Shown: positions 12,211 to 25,451, numbered from the stretch's first letter. The stretch is DNA of 49,780 nucleotides from Octopus bimaculoides (GCF_001194135.2 NC_068998.1:51914668-51964447), one strand, 5' to 3'. A program made the numbers and translations. The notes: generated by a model from the sequence alone, not told the origin.

Positions 12211-13739
12211 TCCTAGCATTGCCTCTCCTAACCGTCACCCTCTTCAAGCTCCTACTTCATTACCATTTTCCACCCCATTTTATCTTCAGCAATCATACTC
12301 CCTTCTACCAATTTCTTATTCATGTTGGCCTACATGAATGGAGACAGTATTCAGTAGTGACAGTCCTGCTTTGTCCTTTTTAAAGACAAATAACCTCCCT
12401 AGTGTTGGTGCCACAATAAAATGCTCTCTGCACACTGTGTACAGTGATTAGAGAATTAATGGAGCCAGCACAGGGTTGAGAGGATCCTCGGTCTTGTATT
12501 ATTGAGAATATTGTTGGTTTTATGAGAAAATGTTCCCAGTACATTCTATACAGTGGCTGATGTGAGCAATGGTATAGCTTGAGTTGTTTGTCTTTCCTTT
12601 GAGTAAAAATCAACTGTGTGGAAAAGAGTGACTTGCATGTATGAGTAACTGCTAGTTTTCCTCAAACAAATCTCACCCGGGTTTGTGGAAGCATGTGCAA
12701 ATGCATAGTAAACCTTGACTAATGGAGGCCCTACTTGAAGGCAGTATGCAATTATGGCCAAATTCCAGTGGCTCAAACCTGTAAAAAGATACACATGACT
12801 ATATTCCCTTGCCATCTTGATACCTTCAAACATACTTTCATAATCTCCTTTCGAATAACTTTATAACTAATTTATTAATAATGCAATTTCCAGGACACCA
12901 TGCATCATATGCTGTAAATCTTTTATGCTAAAGAATGTTACTCAATGTCGCATGCTGTTTAAGCTTGTTTGAAGAGTTGCCATATCATATAGAATATATG
13001 AGATCCTTTCTTCAGAATTATAGTATCAGTGTTTATCAGATAAAGTTCAAAGAATCTATGTTAAATGACAGTGACAGCTATCAAGTTTTCAAATAAATTT
13101 TGAAGAAAATTTCCATCATTCATATTAATGTGTAGAAAGCAGATGTGTGGCTAATGAATGGCATAGCAACGTTAGCAGTCAGTCACAGCAAGGAGTAGAA
13201 AGTCTTCAGTGATGTAATTCAAATAGTAATATGTGTTTACATACTTAGAACCACATGAACATATATATGAAACATAATTTCTTGGAGAGGAAAATATGTT
13301 ACTTGATAAAGCTACTGGAAATATTTTTCTCTTTCTTTTCTCAACATGTCTTTTTTCTTTTTATTTCTCTTAACAAAAGAAATTTTTCAGAATTAGTTTA
13401 AACTGCTGATTAGAAATGGAACAGCAATGCATTATCATATTTCTGCAAAGAGCAGAAGAGTGGTTTAATCATAAGAGTTAATCTAGGCTGCCATTTGAAA
13501 CTTGAAATTCAAAAATGTTCATTTTATTGAAAACTTATTTATTTAAAGAAAATAAATGTTGTAAGTAATGCTTATAGATTAGCATGTTGTTTTGTTGCAT
13601 TCTTGCTTAATACTTTTAAATTACTTATAAATTTCTAAAAATTTCATAATTATAAGTATGACTTGGTCTTAGAGCTAGAAATATAACAGCAGCTTTTTTT
13701 TTCTGTGTGTGTGTGTGTGTGTATGTGTCGAAAAGTGTG

Positions 13740-14220
13740 CTTGAGAAGACTTGTCAAGCCAAGTGAAATCGTAGTTGTTGCCAATGCTGATGTCACGTAA
13801 CTGACACATAAAAGGCACCCATTACATTCTTGGAGTGGTTGGTGTGAGGAAGAGCATCCAGCTGTAGAAACCATGCCAAATCAGATTAGAACCTGATACG
13901 GCTTACCAGTTTCAGTTAAACTGTCTAACCCATGAGAGCATGGAAAGCAGATGCTAAACAAGGATGATAATGATGTGTGGTAAGTAGCTTGCTAACCAAC
14001 CACATGGTTCCTGGTTCAGTCCCACTGCGTGACACCTTGAGCAAGTGTCTCTTACTATAGCCTTGGGCTGACCAAAGCCTTGTGAATGGATTTGGTAAAT
14101 GGAAACTGAAAGAAGCCTGTCGTATGTGTGTGTTTATTGTCTGTGTTTGCCCCCCACCTTCCAACATCACTTGACAACCGATGTTGGTGTGTTTATGTCC
14201 CTGTAACTTAGCAGTTCAGC
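13740..14220 (+). mobile_element. Family E/C copy (13740-13972) abutting a family A copy (13974-14220)
   Basis: ggaagagcatccagctgtagaaaccatgccaaatcag...catggaaagcagatg then gtgtggtaagtagcttgctaaccaaccacatggttcctggttcagtcccactgcgtgacaccttgagcaagtgtc. Confidence 0.8.
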
Positions 14221-15714
14221 GGTGAGTTACTTTTAATAAATTGAATATTAAAAAAAAAAAAAAATCAACCTGAACTTAAAAAATGAAAATGTTTGTAAAA
14301 ACAAGGTTGGCAGTCAGGAAAATGATAATCTTGAGGCATATAATTCCATTAAACAATTCTAATTTTATAAGAAACTACAAAGTTGAAAGGAGTTATGTGA
14401 ATTATTTGCAGAATAGGTCAGGAAATTAATATACATTTATGTACAACACCAGCGAATATCTTAGAAAATGTAAAATAAATTCAAAGTATTTAAATTACAT
14501 TTTCTTCAGCCTTTTGCTGTGGAACTTTAAATGGATGTCAATATATTTTGACATGTTTCACAGCTTGTTAACCATTCCTCAGAAGATAAGTACCTCTCAT
14601 TTCTCCTTTGCTTATGAAGGGAACTTATACCCAATAGCTGTTTAAACCTAGGACAAACTAGCACATGCTGTTTTGTGCATAAATGTTTATTTAACTATTT
14701 AATCAGTTTGCTGGCAAATGCACAATATGAAAATTAGTCTGGCCATTACAGCTAACTTCTAGTTTGTCATGGAGTTAAATGGCAATTGACCATAAGCTCT
14801 CTCTCTCTCTAGGCAGGATAGTGTGGAGTATTTATCTTCTACTGAATGGCCAACTTGGTATAAAACATGTCAAAACTAACTACTCTTTTTTTTACAAAGT
14901 GAGAGCGAAATATATTGACCTCTATTTAAACTTGCACATTGAAGGCTTAAAAACTCCTTAACTACTTTGAATTTATCTTATATATCAGGAAATTGTTTGT
15001 TTGACAATAAATTATGTCATTCTTCGTGTGTAGTACAATGAGGTCCAGTTTCTTTTCTTATCTTATTTTTCCTTGCTTTATGCTACATTAAAGTGTTATT
15101 TTCTCATCTCCGATCTGAAAAATAGCCATACTAAAAATTTCCAACATGTTTTAGTCTGTGTTTTTTCCTTTCCTTCTTTTGTTTGTAAATCAAATGCTAA
15201 CTGAATTCAGTAAAATTCTTTCTTGGATATTTTTATCTGTCGCTTCCTTCAGACTAAAACTATTTCTCATAACCATTCTCTTGTTGCTTATTTCTTTTCT
15301 TACCAAAGATAGTTTTCAATTGATTTTCTTTTTCCCTGTCCTATTGCTCTTCATATTTCGACATCTTGTAGTAGTAAGAGCTATGATGCACCTGATATCT
15401 TTCTAACTTTTGACCTTCTCTCGTTGCTTCTCTCATTGTTTTAGTTCATTTATACACACACACACAATATATATATATATATATGTATATATATTACTCT
15501 TCCTCCTAGCAAAAATATGTTTCCAGTTGACATCTCATGTCTCAATTCTGGCTATCATATTTCTTTTGATGAATCTTGTAAAAATATGCCAGATGTTGAC
15601 AGCACAAGAAAATTACTTTTGGTAAGTGTGGCTCCATTGAATGTTTTCCAGTGACATTAATGGCATATAATAAATGGGCTTATGGGCAAGAAAAGAAATA
15701 TATATGTATATCTA

Positions 15715-15906
15715 TCTATCTACACCCGTCTCTTATATGTAATATATATATATAGTGTGTGTGTGTGTATGTATATATATATAGAGAGAGATATAGATAT
15801 ACATATAAATATACACACACCCATACATATATATGTATGTATGTATGTATTTATATAAATATATATATTTACATACATACATATACACACACATATATGT
15901 ATATAT

Positions 15907-15947
<41 letters not shown>

Positions 15948-15950
15948 CAT
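15715..15950. repeat. Compound TA/TG/GA/TATG microsatellite
   Basis: Directly visible. Confidence 0.9.
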
Positions 15951-15959
15951 AAATGTACC

Positions 15960-16375
15960 ATGATAATGTCTGCTTTTCCATTTTTGCATGGGTCAGACAA
16001 GGCTTCTTTGAGATAGAATATTTCTACAACCAGATGCCCTTCCTGTCATGAACCCTCACCTGTTTTTAAGCCTGTAAACATTTCCCTCAGTCTATCAATG
16101 GAGAGTCTGGTCATGTTCTCAGAGGATCACAGCCAAATGACATCCTTTATATTACCAGTCACTCTTTACAACTAACACATATATCCAGACGCACACACAC
16201 ACACACATTCACATGTAATACACACACACATACAAAAAATGGAATTTTTCTGGTTTCTGTCTACTAAATTTTGTTCTCAAGGTATTAACTTAGTCAACCA
16301 GCGCGTGGTGGAAGTTAGCCCCTACCAAGCCACATGGTTCTGGAGGTGAACATTCTAATCACACAGAGATGCTTC
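15960..16375 (-). mobile_element. SINE family A head + C tail
   Basis: ctgcttttccatttttgcatgggtcagac...gatgcccttcctgtc...ttttctggtttctgtctactaaat...ctaatcacacag. Confidence 0.65.
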
Positions 16376-16394
16376 TGCCTATTATAATGTGTGT

Positions 16395-16675
16395 GAAGGT
16401 CCAGTGGTTAAGGTGTTACGTTCACAATCTAGTGGTCATGAGTTCAATTCCCAGACCAAACAGCATGTTGTGTTTTTGAGCAAAACACTTCATTTCACAT
16501 TGCTCCAGTTAGTTCCCTCAGCTGTAAATGGGTAACCCTGCAATAATCTAGCCCCCACCCCAAACAATGAGAATGTCAGCCTGCTTGCCTGCCAGTCGGG
16601 TGACATCATTCTAAAGTGATGCAAAGTGCATTGTGACCAGCGAGGTATAACAGCATCCCATTGCCTGGTCAATCA
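16395..16675 (+). mobile_element. tRNA-derived SINE family H
   Basis: ggtccagtggttaagg (A box-like), gagttcaattccc (B box), tgtttttgagcaaaacacttcatttcacattgctccag...cagctgtaaatgggta; reverse copies at about 22395-22545, 27435-27590, 44005-44130. Confidence 0.75.
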
Positions 16676-16913
16676 CATCATTCATACATATATATATATA
16701 TATACATACACACAAATTACATTATTGCATTAATTATATTATCGCTTAATAAAAGTAAATTAGATATTGCTGTCTGCTTAAAAGTATATTTTCATGTTTT
16801 CTCAATATGCATGTGTATATACATCCACACCAATCATATTTATGGATTCTTTATTAATTACTCAAGTTATTTTCTATGTACGATTACTTTAAATGAATTT
16901 ACTTATATATATG

Positions 16914-16951
<38 letters not shown>

Positions 16952-17450
16952 TACATATATGTACAAATGCTTGTGTGAGTTAGAGGTTAAGAAACCATCT
17001 AAGGGATATTAAATATCCAATATACTACTGGATATGTACCTACGTATTTTTAACCAAGTGCTTACTATTGCATGGCAATATTGCAATTGAATATTAGGTA
17101 TGGGTGGGTACGTGCATGAGAGAGAGAGAGTATGTGCATGCTTGTGTACGTCGGAGTGTACTCTTTCATATATGTGTCTGAGTTTGCATGTCTTTGTACT
17201 AATATCACTGGATAGTTATAGACAAGTGTCCTTGTCACACGTGTGGATTCCCTTGTTTCCAGTCTTTCATGAAAAATATATCTAACTTTGGGATAATATT
17301 ACCTTACTTGGAAAGAGGAAGGGTACTCAGACATAGAAAAATCTGCCTCAGTAAATTCAGTCTGACTCATGAAAGCATGACCATGTGGACGTTAAACAAA
17401 AAAAATTATGATAGCAGTTGCTGTTGTTTAACAGTATTTCAAATCAGGCA

Positions 17451-17650
17451 GTCAGCTGGTAGAATGGTTAGCAAACCAAGCAAAATCCTTAGTGGTATTT
17501 TGTTCTGAGTTCAAATTCTGCTGAGGTCGATTTTACCTTATATCCTTCCATGGTTAATAAAATAAGCTCCAGTTGAGCATTGGGTTTGAGGTAATTGACT
17601 TAACCCCTCCCCCAAAATTGCCAGCCTTGTGCCAAAATTCGAAACCAATA
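17451..17650 (+). mobile_element. SINE family B
   Basis: gtcagctggtagaatggttagc...gagttcaaattctgctgaggtcga...ccttgtgccaaaattcgaaaccaat. Confidence 0.8.
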
Positions 17651-18189
17651 TTTCAAATATCAATTCCAATATCTATTTTGATGGCCAGTTTCAGCCATTT
17701 GGATACATTTGAGAATGTAACCTTTGTTTCCCTCGACCAATCTTATTAATGACCTCTTACGCTGTCAGCCAGTACACTCCCCAATTTAAATAAAAATCTG
17801 AGACATACAATTTAGACTCTAATTCCTTAAGGAATTCAGAAATAACACTTAGCTTGTCAGTTTTCAGTTGGAAAAATTGAAAGATAATTTCTAATATTAT
17901 ATCATTCACAAAGTAAATTGATAATTCCTGTTTGTTATCATTGAAGATAAAACTATATTGAAACAGAAATGACAACATAATCACAATGCTTTTCATTGGA
18001 AACAGTGGCTAAATTGTACTTCCAATTTAGAGGACTTAAGAGGTAGTAACTAAACAGAGAATAACAGAATGACAGATCGCTGGAGACTCTGTTCCTCATG
18101 TCATAGTCATGGTTCTTTTCCATTCTTTTTCAATGTGTCATCGATTGAAAATGTAAAATAACTGCTGAGTCAATTCTAGACATACTGTT

Positions 18190-18520
18190 CTTTTTGTTTT
18201 GTTGTTTATTCCCAGGTCAGCCCTTATAGAGTTGGCCAAAACTTAAAGGCTGTCATCAATCCATGACCATCCAGTCAATTGTATCTTTTCAGGTATAACC
18301 TATGTAAAATCACATGGTCTTTTTTTTTTTTTTTTGCTCTTTAGAATCAGGTCAAATTTGATTAAGCAGTCCTCCTATGATCAAAAAACATTCCTTTTGC
18401 ATCCCATCTTTTCATAAGGTCTAGAATTATGCTATCCAATGTGTCCTCTTAGTTATACAGTTAGCTGATATTTGAAGGAATTTGGTTGTTATTTCAATTC
18501 TAACAGGTTGAATTTCTATA
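18190..18520 (-). mobile_element. Interspersed repeat family G
   Basis: gttgtttattcccaggtcagccc... and tccaatgtgtcc...tttgaaggaatttggttgttatttc; further copies at about 19715-19890 (-) and 20330-20430 (+). Confidence 0.55.
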
Positions 18521-19077
18521 TTGAAGCTCTCCTATGACTTCATGTATTCTTTTTCCTTTTTTTTTTTTTTGAAAAAGATGGGAAGGCATGATTTAAGAAA
18601 TATATAGCTGTTATTTTTGGCAGCTCTTGTTATCAAAAAGGGGCTCTCAAGTTGGCTTTTGTGTAATATACAATGCAAGAGAGTTCAGTACTGTAAATTG
18701 AGGACTTTTCAACACTGCTTTATTATGACAAAGTGAATGGATTCCTGATTTAAACATCAGATAAGGAATTCTTATCTCAAAAATCAGATGGAAATAGAAT
18801 TACTGAGTTCTTTGAATAGAAAGAAAATCTGGTGGATTCCTTTTGCAAAGATTGATTTTATCCCCTAAGAGAAATAGCCCACATCTTAATGTAAGCTCTA
18901 AATTCCATTATCTAGCAGGAAAACAACTAGAAAGGGATGAGATTGGGGGTGGGGGGCAATTGTATGTAACATAATATCAGATCATTCTCTTAATTACTAT
19001 GTCTTAATTTTCTAGTTCTGGCTTTCATAAAAAGAAAGACTTTGGTTTGTGTTATCACCTATACATATATGTGTATG

Positions 19078-19200
<123 letters not shown>

Positions 19201-19261
19201 ATATAAGGCAAATGAAAGACGGAAGATGGAATATATGAGAATTTATTACTGTATATATATC

Positions 19262-19530
19262 TTTTACTTGTTTCAGTCATTGGACTATAACCATGCTGGG
19301 GCACCACCTGGAAAGGTTTAGTTGAACAAATTGCTCTCTCAGTACTTATCTTTTACCTATAGTACTTATTTTATTGCTCCCTTTTGTTGAACTGCTAAGT
19401 TATGGGGACATGTACAAACCAACACCGGTTGTCAAACAGTGGTAGGGGACAAATACTAACATGAAGACACACACACACACTCTCAAGGCTTCGGTTGATG
19501 TGGTACTATAGTAGGAAATACATGCCCAAG
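19262..19530 (-). mobile_element. SINE family A + D tail
   Basis: ttttacttgtttcagtcattgg...ccatgctggggcaccac...gaactgctaagttatggggacatgtacaaaccaacaccggttgtcaa. Confidence 0.8.
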
Positions 19531-21039
19531 GTACCATGCAGATATACATTACTCTTTGATTAGCATTCACAGATAATGTTTCTGCCTTTGAAGATATCAG
19601 ACAGTAGCTTGACAGAATTGGTGGCGCATCAGCCAAAATACCTTTTGGGTATTTGGTTACATTTCTTTTTGTTGTGTTCAAATTATTTTTTCATATTCTC
19701 AACAGGTCGTTAGTTTATTAACCCCAGGTCAGATTGTGTGGGCTTTTAATCAAAGGCTTTCCAACCATAATAATTTCATTTTGTTTTTAAGTATAATGTA
19801 TCTAGGACCTCATTATCCAAAACATTTTCTCTTCATTTTTGAAGTAGCTGAGTATGATATGGGAAAGATTTGGTTGCTATTTCTGACTAGGTAGTGTAGA
19901 ATTGACATTTACACAAGTGTGGAAGTTGTAGTAAAGGAAGTACAGAGAACAAAATACAGCTTAATGGTTGTTCCAAAGATCTGTGAAAGGAATACATAAC
20001 ACAATGGCAACATTATCTCCCTTTTTATTTCTTCTATACAATTATAGTTCAGTAATTGCTTTCTTTTAAAGACGTTTTTCTAGTTATATTAATAAAAAGA
20101 AGATCAATTAATGGATTTGCTTGCACTCATCATCATTATCATTATGGTGTTGTTTTGTTCTTTACATGGTTCTAGAAGGTCAGCAGTACAACATGTTCAT
20201 CATGTATGTCACTTCTATGTGACTTCAATTGTGAAGTCCAACATTGTCAGATCAGACCTAAATGCTCCTTATTTAACTCCTACATGGTTGTTTAACCTGT
20301 TAGATTGTTGTATGTGCTGACAAGAGAATATCTATGTGGTCATTTAACCTGATAGATACAGCAGCCAAATATCCCTAAAAAAGGAAAACAAAAGGATAAA
20401 AACCACATTGGATAACATCCTTTGATGATGTGTGAAATAAGAGATCACTCCTTGCTTGGAAAACATTTAATAGTTAGTGACAGGAAGGGCATCCAGCTGT
20501 AAAATAATACCTTGATGATATAGTCATCTAACCCATACTAGAATAGAAAGATAAATATAGAAGAAACAAATGAATACATTGTAACTGAATAAAATTAATT
20601 CAACCTCAGTAGTTAACTGGTACTTTGTTTTCAACCCCTCAAGGATGAAAGGCATAGTTGACATCAACAAGATTTGAACTCATGAACTCAGAATGTAAAT
20701 AACTGTAACTAAACACCACAAGACATTTTCTGGTACTTGAACTGAATTTAAAATGTAGTGACAGGGTTGTTGGCAAAATAGTTATTAATTATCTGAAGAA
20801 TCTAAACACAGGATATTAGTTTCAGTTGGAGATGATATATTTCAAATTTCTTTTCATCTATATAACTACCTCGTTATACACATATTTACAGTAATGTGTA
20901 CAAATGATTTAGATTAGAATTTTTTTTTAACCTTCATGAATTAAATTTCTTAAATCCTTTTTACATCTGATGATGTTTTCTGCTTATAGATTTACAAGCA
21001 AATTGTGTGTGTGTATGTAAACAGTGGGCATCAGCTATT

Positions 21040-21475
21040 TGAGAACAAAACTTTTTAAGAACTGAAAGTGTTTCAAACATTAAATATCCATGAAAGTTTT
21101 ATATTTCATGCAAACGATAAAAAGTATGTTGTTCTTATTGTTCTAGCTGCCAGCAAAAGTAATTCTGAAATTGCGACCTTCTTAAATGTTGCCTGGGCCT
21201 TCATGTTTAAGATCAGAAGAGAGCTCTTGGATTTTAACAGGAATGTGTCTTCCATGGGAATAAAAAAAAAACAGAAAAAAACTCTCTCAATGGTCAAACA
21301 TTGTCTAAAAAGTTGAGTTTGTGATGGTTTTGAGGGTCATGAGTACTTTTTCTCTGCAAAGTTTTAAGGTCAATGTTGCAGCCCACATCATGACAATATC
21401 CCCGAAACAGCTGTAACACCTTCTCTTTATAAATTTTCTGAAAACTATTCACAGCCTTGGATTTTTTATCTGTTA
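21040..21475 (+). pseudogene. Decayed, internally deleted Tc1/mariner-superfamily transposase remnant
   Basis: VLAASKSNSEIATFLNVAWAFMFKIRRELL (HTH-like); after a frameshift KLSQWSNIV*KVEFV, joined directly to VMVLRVMS and FSLQSFKVNVAAHI, resembling catalytic-region VMVLGVVS / FFPQGLRVNAAAYI motifs. Confidence 0.7.
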
Positions 21476-21628
21476 TTTATTATATATATGCATACTAATA
21501 CACAACCCACATTGGACTCCTCATTCATATCATTATCGAACCTGAAGGAGCTTAACTATGGTCTGTCCATAGCACTTCCTCAGTGTTGTGTGACACCGTT
21601 GGGTCTTCTTGACACCAATACCTCTCGT

Positions 21629-21679
21629 ACCCTCAATATATATATACACATATATATATATGTATATATACACACACAT

Positions 21680-21737
<58 letters not shown>

Positions 21738-21815
21738 CCATATTTACACATATATCTACACACTCACATATACACATGCATGCACATATATTTATGTGTA
21801 TGTGTGTATATGTGT
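21629..21815. repeat. (TA)n/(CA)n compound microsatellite
   Basis: Directly visible. Confidence 0.92.
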
Positions 21816-23205
21816 GGTCTGCCTTTATGCATGTTTTTGTCAATGTACTTTCACTAGCTAAGCACTATTAAGTTCACATTCGATAGCTACTTGAAGAATA
21901 AATTAAGCATGACGTAGCATATTCCACTGTCAAAGAATTAATTACTTCCTTATCAGTAATCATTACTTGTCGATTCTTCACTGAAGGGCATAAATATATA
22001 TATGTGGGGGGTGTGTGTATATATATATATATATATATGTGTGTGTGCATATATATTTATGAATATACATACCCCCTCCCCCTACATACACACAGTAGGG
22101 CAAAGTACTTAAAGCTGCCACCTCAATGTAGCTGAGATCTTCAATTTATTAATTTTTTTTTAATCAAGAGTCTACGAATTTTTGCCTTCTCTTTTCTCTT
22201 CCTTCAGCTTCTTCCTAAAATATCGTTTGCTATTAATAAATTAACATCGACCATCTCCTTCAGCAAACTACATGAATGCAGTCACTCAGCCTGCTAGAAA
22301 TAGTAGCAAGCAGATATAGGAACCCTCTTGACTCTCCCACCATTTTGACCTAGTGTTACATCCGAGATATGACAAACTGAAGGAGAAAGAAAGACAGAGA
22401 GAGAGAGTACTTCATTAACACTCAGCAGATACTCATTTTCAGCTGAGTAAACAGGCGCAACATGAAATAAAGCACTTTGCTCAAGGAGACAATGCACTGT
22501 CAGTCCAGGAATTGAAATTCTAGCATTATGATCATGAGCCAATAGTCCCTTATATCCTCAAAAAACAGAAAGATGGGACTATTACAGCAGGAATGCCTTT
22601 CATTATAGATCTGAGTGGTCAGGATTTACATGGGGTTAAATGACTCAACAACTTTTCTCACACATTTTTTGTGGCCTATAAATGCAAAATATATCTTAAA
22701 ATGGGGAGAAAATTAACCAATCTGTATCTCTTTTGAATACTTTTCCATTTTGAAAGAATAAAGATGGTTTCAAAACACACAAAAATTCTCTTGTGGCCAG
22801 AAACATGCTAACGTGCTTCCCGTCATTTGGAACATTCCTTATGTTAGCTAGAAATGTTAAGTTTTATTGCGAATCACAATAATATCAGTAAACAAATAAC
22901 AACAAAAAATAAAACTAAGCTAAAATAAAATTAAATAGTTCCCCAAATAAGTTAAACAAACATATTTATTAAAGCTTAAATTTTTATTATATTTTCGTAA
23001 TCCCATCAGAAGAAAATTTATCTTGTCAAAACAAAAGAAACAGATTTGAATTCCAGCTACCACTTTATTTCTGGTTAATCATTTTAAATATCAAATTATG
23101 ACTGAATTAATTGCTAAGAATGTCAGTCTCAAAAAGGATATTAAACATTAGAGAAACGAACAACAGGTAATGGGAAATCATGAAATTTAACCTAAAATAA
23201 TATTC

Positions 23206-23418
23206 CTTTCTACTCTAGGCACAAGGCCCGAAATTTTGGGGGAGGGGATCAGTCGATTAGATTGACCCAGTATGCAACTGGTACTTAATTTATCGACCCC
23301 GAAAGGATGAAAGGCAAAGTTGACCCCGGCGGAATTTGGACTCAGAATGTAAAGGCAGACAAAATACCGCTAAGCATTTCACCCAGCAAGCTAACGTTTC
23401 TGGCAGCTCGGTGCCTTC
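23206..23418 (-). mobile_element. SINE family B, intact copy with 17-bp target-site duplication
   Basis: aacctaaaataatattc at 23189-23205 and 23419-23435 flanks the element exactly. Confidence 0.92.
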
Positions 23419-24448
23419 AACCTAAAATAATATTCTAACAAACAAGAGCCTCAAATCACATTCTACCATCATAACTATAGCATGCCTGAAAATAAAGATG
23501 GGTGATAACAGCTGGAACATTTTTGGTCATAATTCAGCTCAAACAGGACAGGCCAGGGGCTAAATACTAAGCACTAGTTGTGTGATGTGGGTAATAATTA
23601 TATATACTAGATTCTATGTAAGATTATACATTTTAGATGATGAATAGAATCTACAAGATGACATTTGATGTGAGGCAATGAATTGCAGAAGAGTAGAGAT
23701 GAAGTCATGCAGACAAGAGATGAAAATATATATCTCTAGCCCATTTAACTCATGCATAACTGAAAAATGGAACGTGATTCCAGATTCTAACAAGTTGATA
23801 GAAACATTTTTCTTTTCTTTTTTTTTTTTTTCATAAAAACATTCTTCAAATACATGTTTAACTTCAAAATCTTCCTAGAAAAAAAAAAAAAAGAAAGAGA
23901 AAAATATTGTTCACTGGTGCTTAAAAGCTAAAAAGCAATTTAGTGTTTCTTATAACTTTGATTTCCATACACCTTTGAATCAATCTAAACTACTTTCCGT
24001 ATTAATCAAATCCAACCTCTTGCTAGCATGGAAAATGGTAAGTAGATATCACTTATGATGTTGCTGCGACGCAGAGGAATCCTTCATTTATTCATTTATT
24101 TATTTCTTGATTTATTTTGTCATTTTTAAAGATTTATAAACATGGAAGAATACTGTGTGCGTGATCATTATTTCTTTACACTTTCTTTTTTATATTCTGA
24201 TCTTTTTTTTTTGTTTTTCTTTCTCGATTTCGTCATGAGTTGATGTGTGATATAGCTATGAAATATAAATATAGTTAGATTTATTTATGAAAAATATAGC
24301 TGCTGCCATTACGAGAATGAATAGCCATGCTATATTTATTTCATGATATGTCTGTAGATGTAACTCTTCTTGGAATTAAAAGAATTTTTTTATCTTATTT
24401 TACTTTATTTTATTTATATCTCTCTATGCGTTTTATTTTTCGTTGCAG

Positions 24449-24517
24449 CCAACGAATATGAGACATCACTGGGTACATCTTCGACGCCAGGAAGGAAAAT
24501 GTAAACAGTGTGGAAAG
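24449..24517 (+). CDS. DGKZ: Diacylglycerol kinase type IV (zeta/iota-like) coding exon, start of C1B zinc-binding domain
   Basis: Acceptor ttttatttttcgttgcAG (24447-24448), donor aag|GTtaat (24518). 69 nt, phase 0/0, translates [23 protein letters not shown]. By recall this matches DGKZ [23 protein letters not shown] and [22 protein letters not shown], with the same 23-codon exon size. Symbol denotes the DGKZ/DGKI co-ortholog. Confidence 0.95.
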
Positions 24518-25451
24518 GTTAATATTCTTATTATTTGCATCATCCATTTATTTTCAATGATACCTTTTTTTTTTTTTATTTACTTTTCTTCAACAGGTCT
24601 CATGAAATTCATAAAAAACTATTTTATTTTAAGACTCGCATTTTATTCCCCCATTTTTATTGTAAAATCTATTTAAAAAATCTTTATTGCTTGGAAAACT
24701 AATTGATGGTTACAAAAATAATGGAATGGTAATATAACATTCAGATTTAGTGTTCATGGAATTTTACTACTCAAATTGTTTTGGTGTTATGTATTTGTTT
24801 TAATATCATAAAATATATAATTAAAAACAATGCTTGAAAAGATAACAAAAATTATAATAAACATTTCAGAATTCTTCATCGGGTATATTGGATACAGGCA
24901 TGAATAGGTGGTTATGATACTTGATGTACTTCCACGGGGTTCCCAGTTTGATCTCCCCTTTAGTACTTTGGGCATGTGTCTGTTATCATAGCTTGAAATT
25001 GATTGATGTTTTTTAAATGCAGTTTGATTGATGGAAATTGTGTGCATGGGCCTATTGACATCATCACCATCATCATCAATTTAATGCCTATTTTTCTGTT
25101 TACATGGGTCAAATCTGAGTAAGTTGGAGCAAAGCTTTTCTTGCCTGGGAACAGGAGGATGGTGGCATTGGTAAAATAGTTTTACCAATGCCACCCCAAC
25201 TCCTGTTTCCAGACTAGGTAATAATCCCTCAGTCTATCAAACAATTAACAATTATGACATTGCTTTACACATCGAACTGAAATTAAATTACACCGTATGA
25301 ATGAGCCATTTGTTTACAAAATCCTACAATGTCATGACATGTTGAGAAGTCCAGCATGCTTTCACTTGTTGCCATCTGTGTGGCCTTTGTTTATAACCAG
25401 CAAATATAGTCTGAAAACAAAGGTAATATAAGCTCACACACACACACACAT

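Noticed and set aside
12894-12980. Cys-rich frame TPCIICCK after ttccAG
   Set aside because: Not collinear with C1A, contains a stop, and has no suitable donor.
14205-14230. cagcg|GTGAGT donor-like motif
   Set aside because: Lies at the truncated end of a SINE copy and has no plausible acceptor.
17821-17836. Perfect 16-bp palindrome aattccttaaggaatt
   Set aside because: One or two such palindromes are expected by chance in 50 kb of AT-rich DNA.
24443-24676. 77-aa ORF as a complete gene
   Set aside because: Only 24449-24517 is DGK-like; the rest is intron read-through and the TTG start lies in the acceptor.
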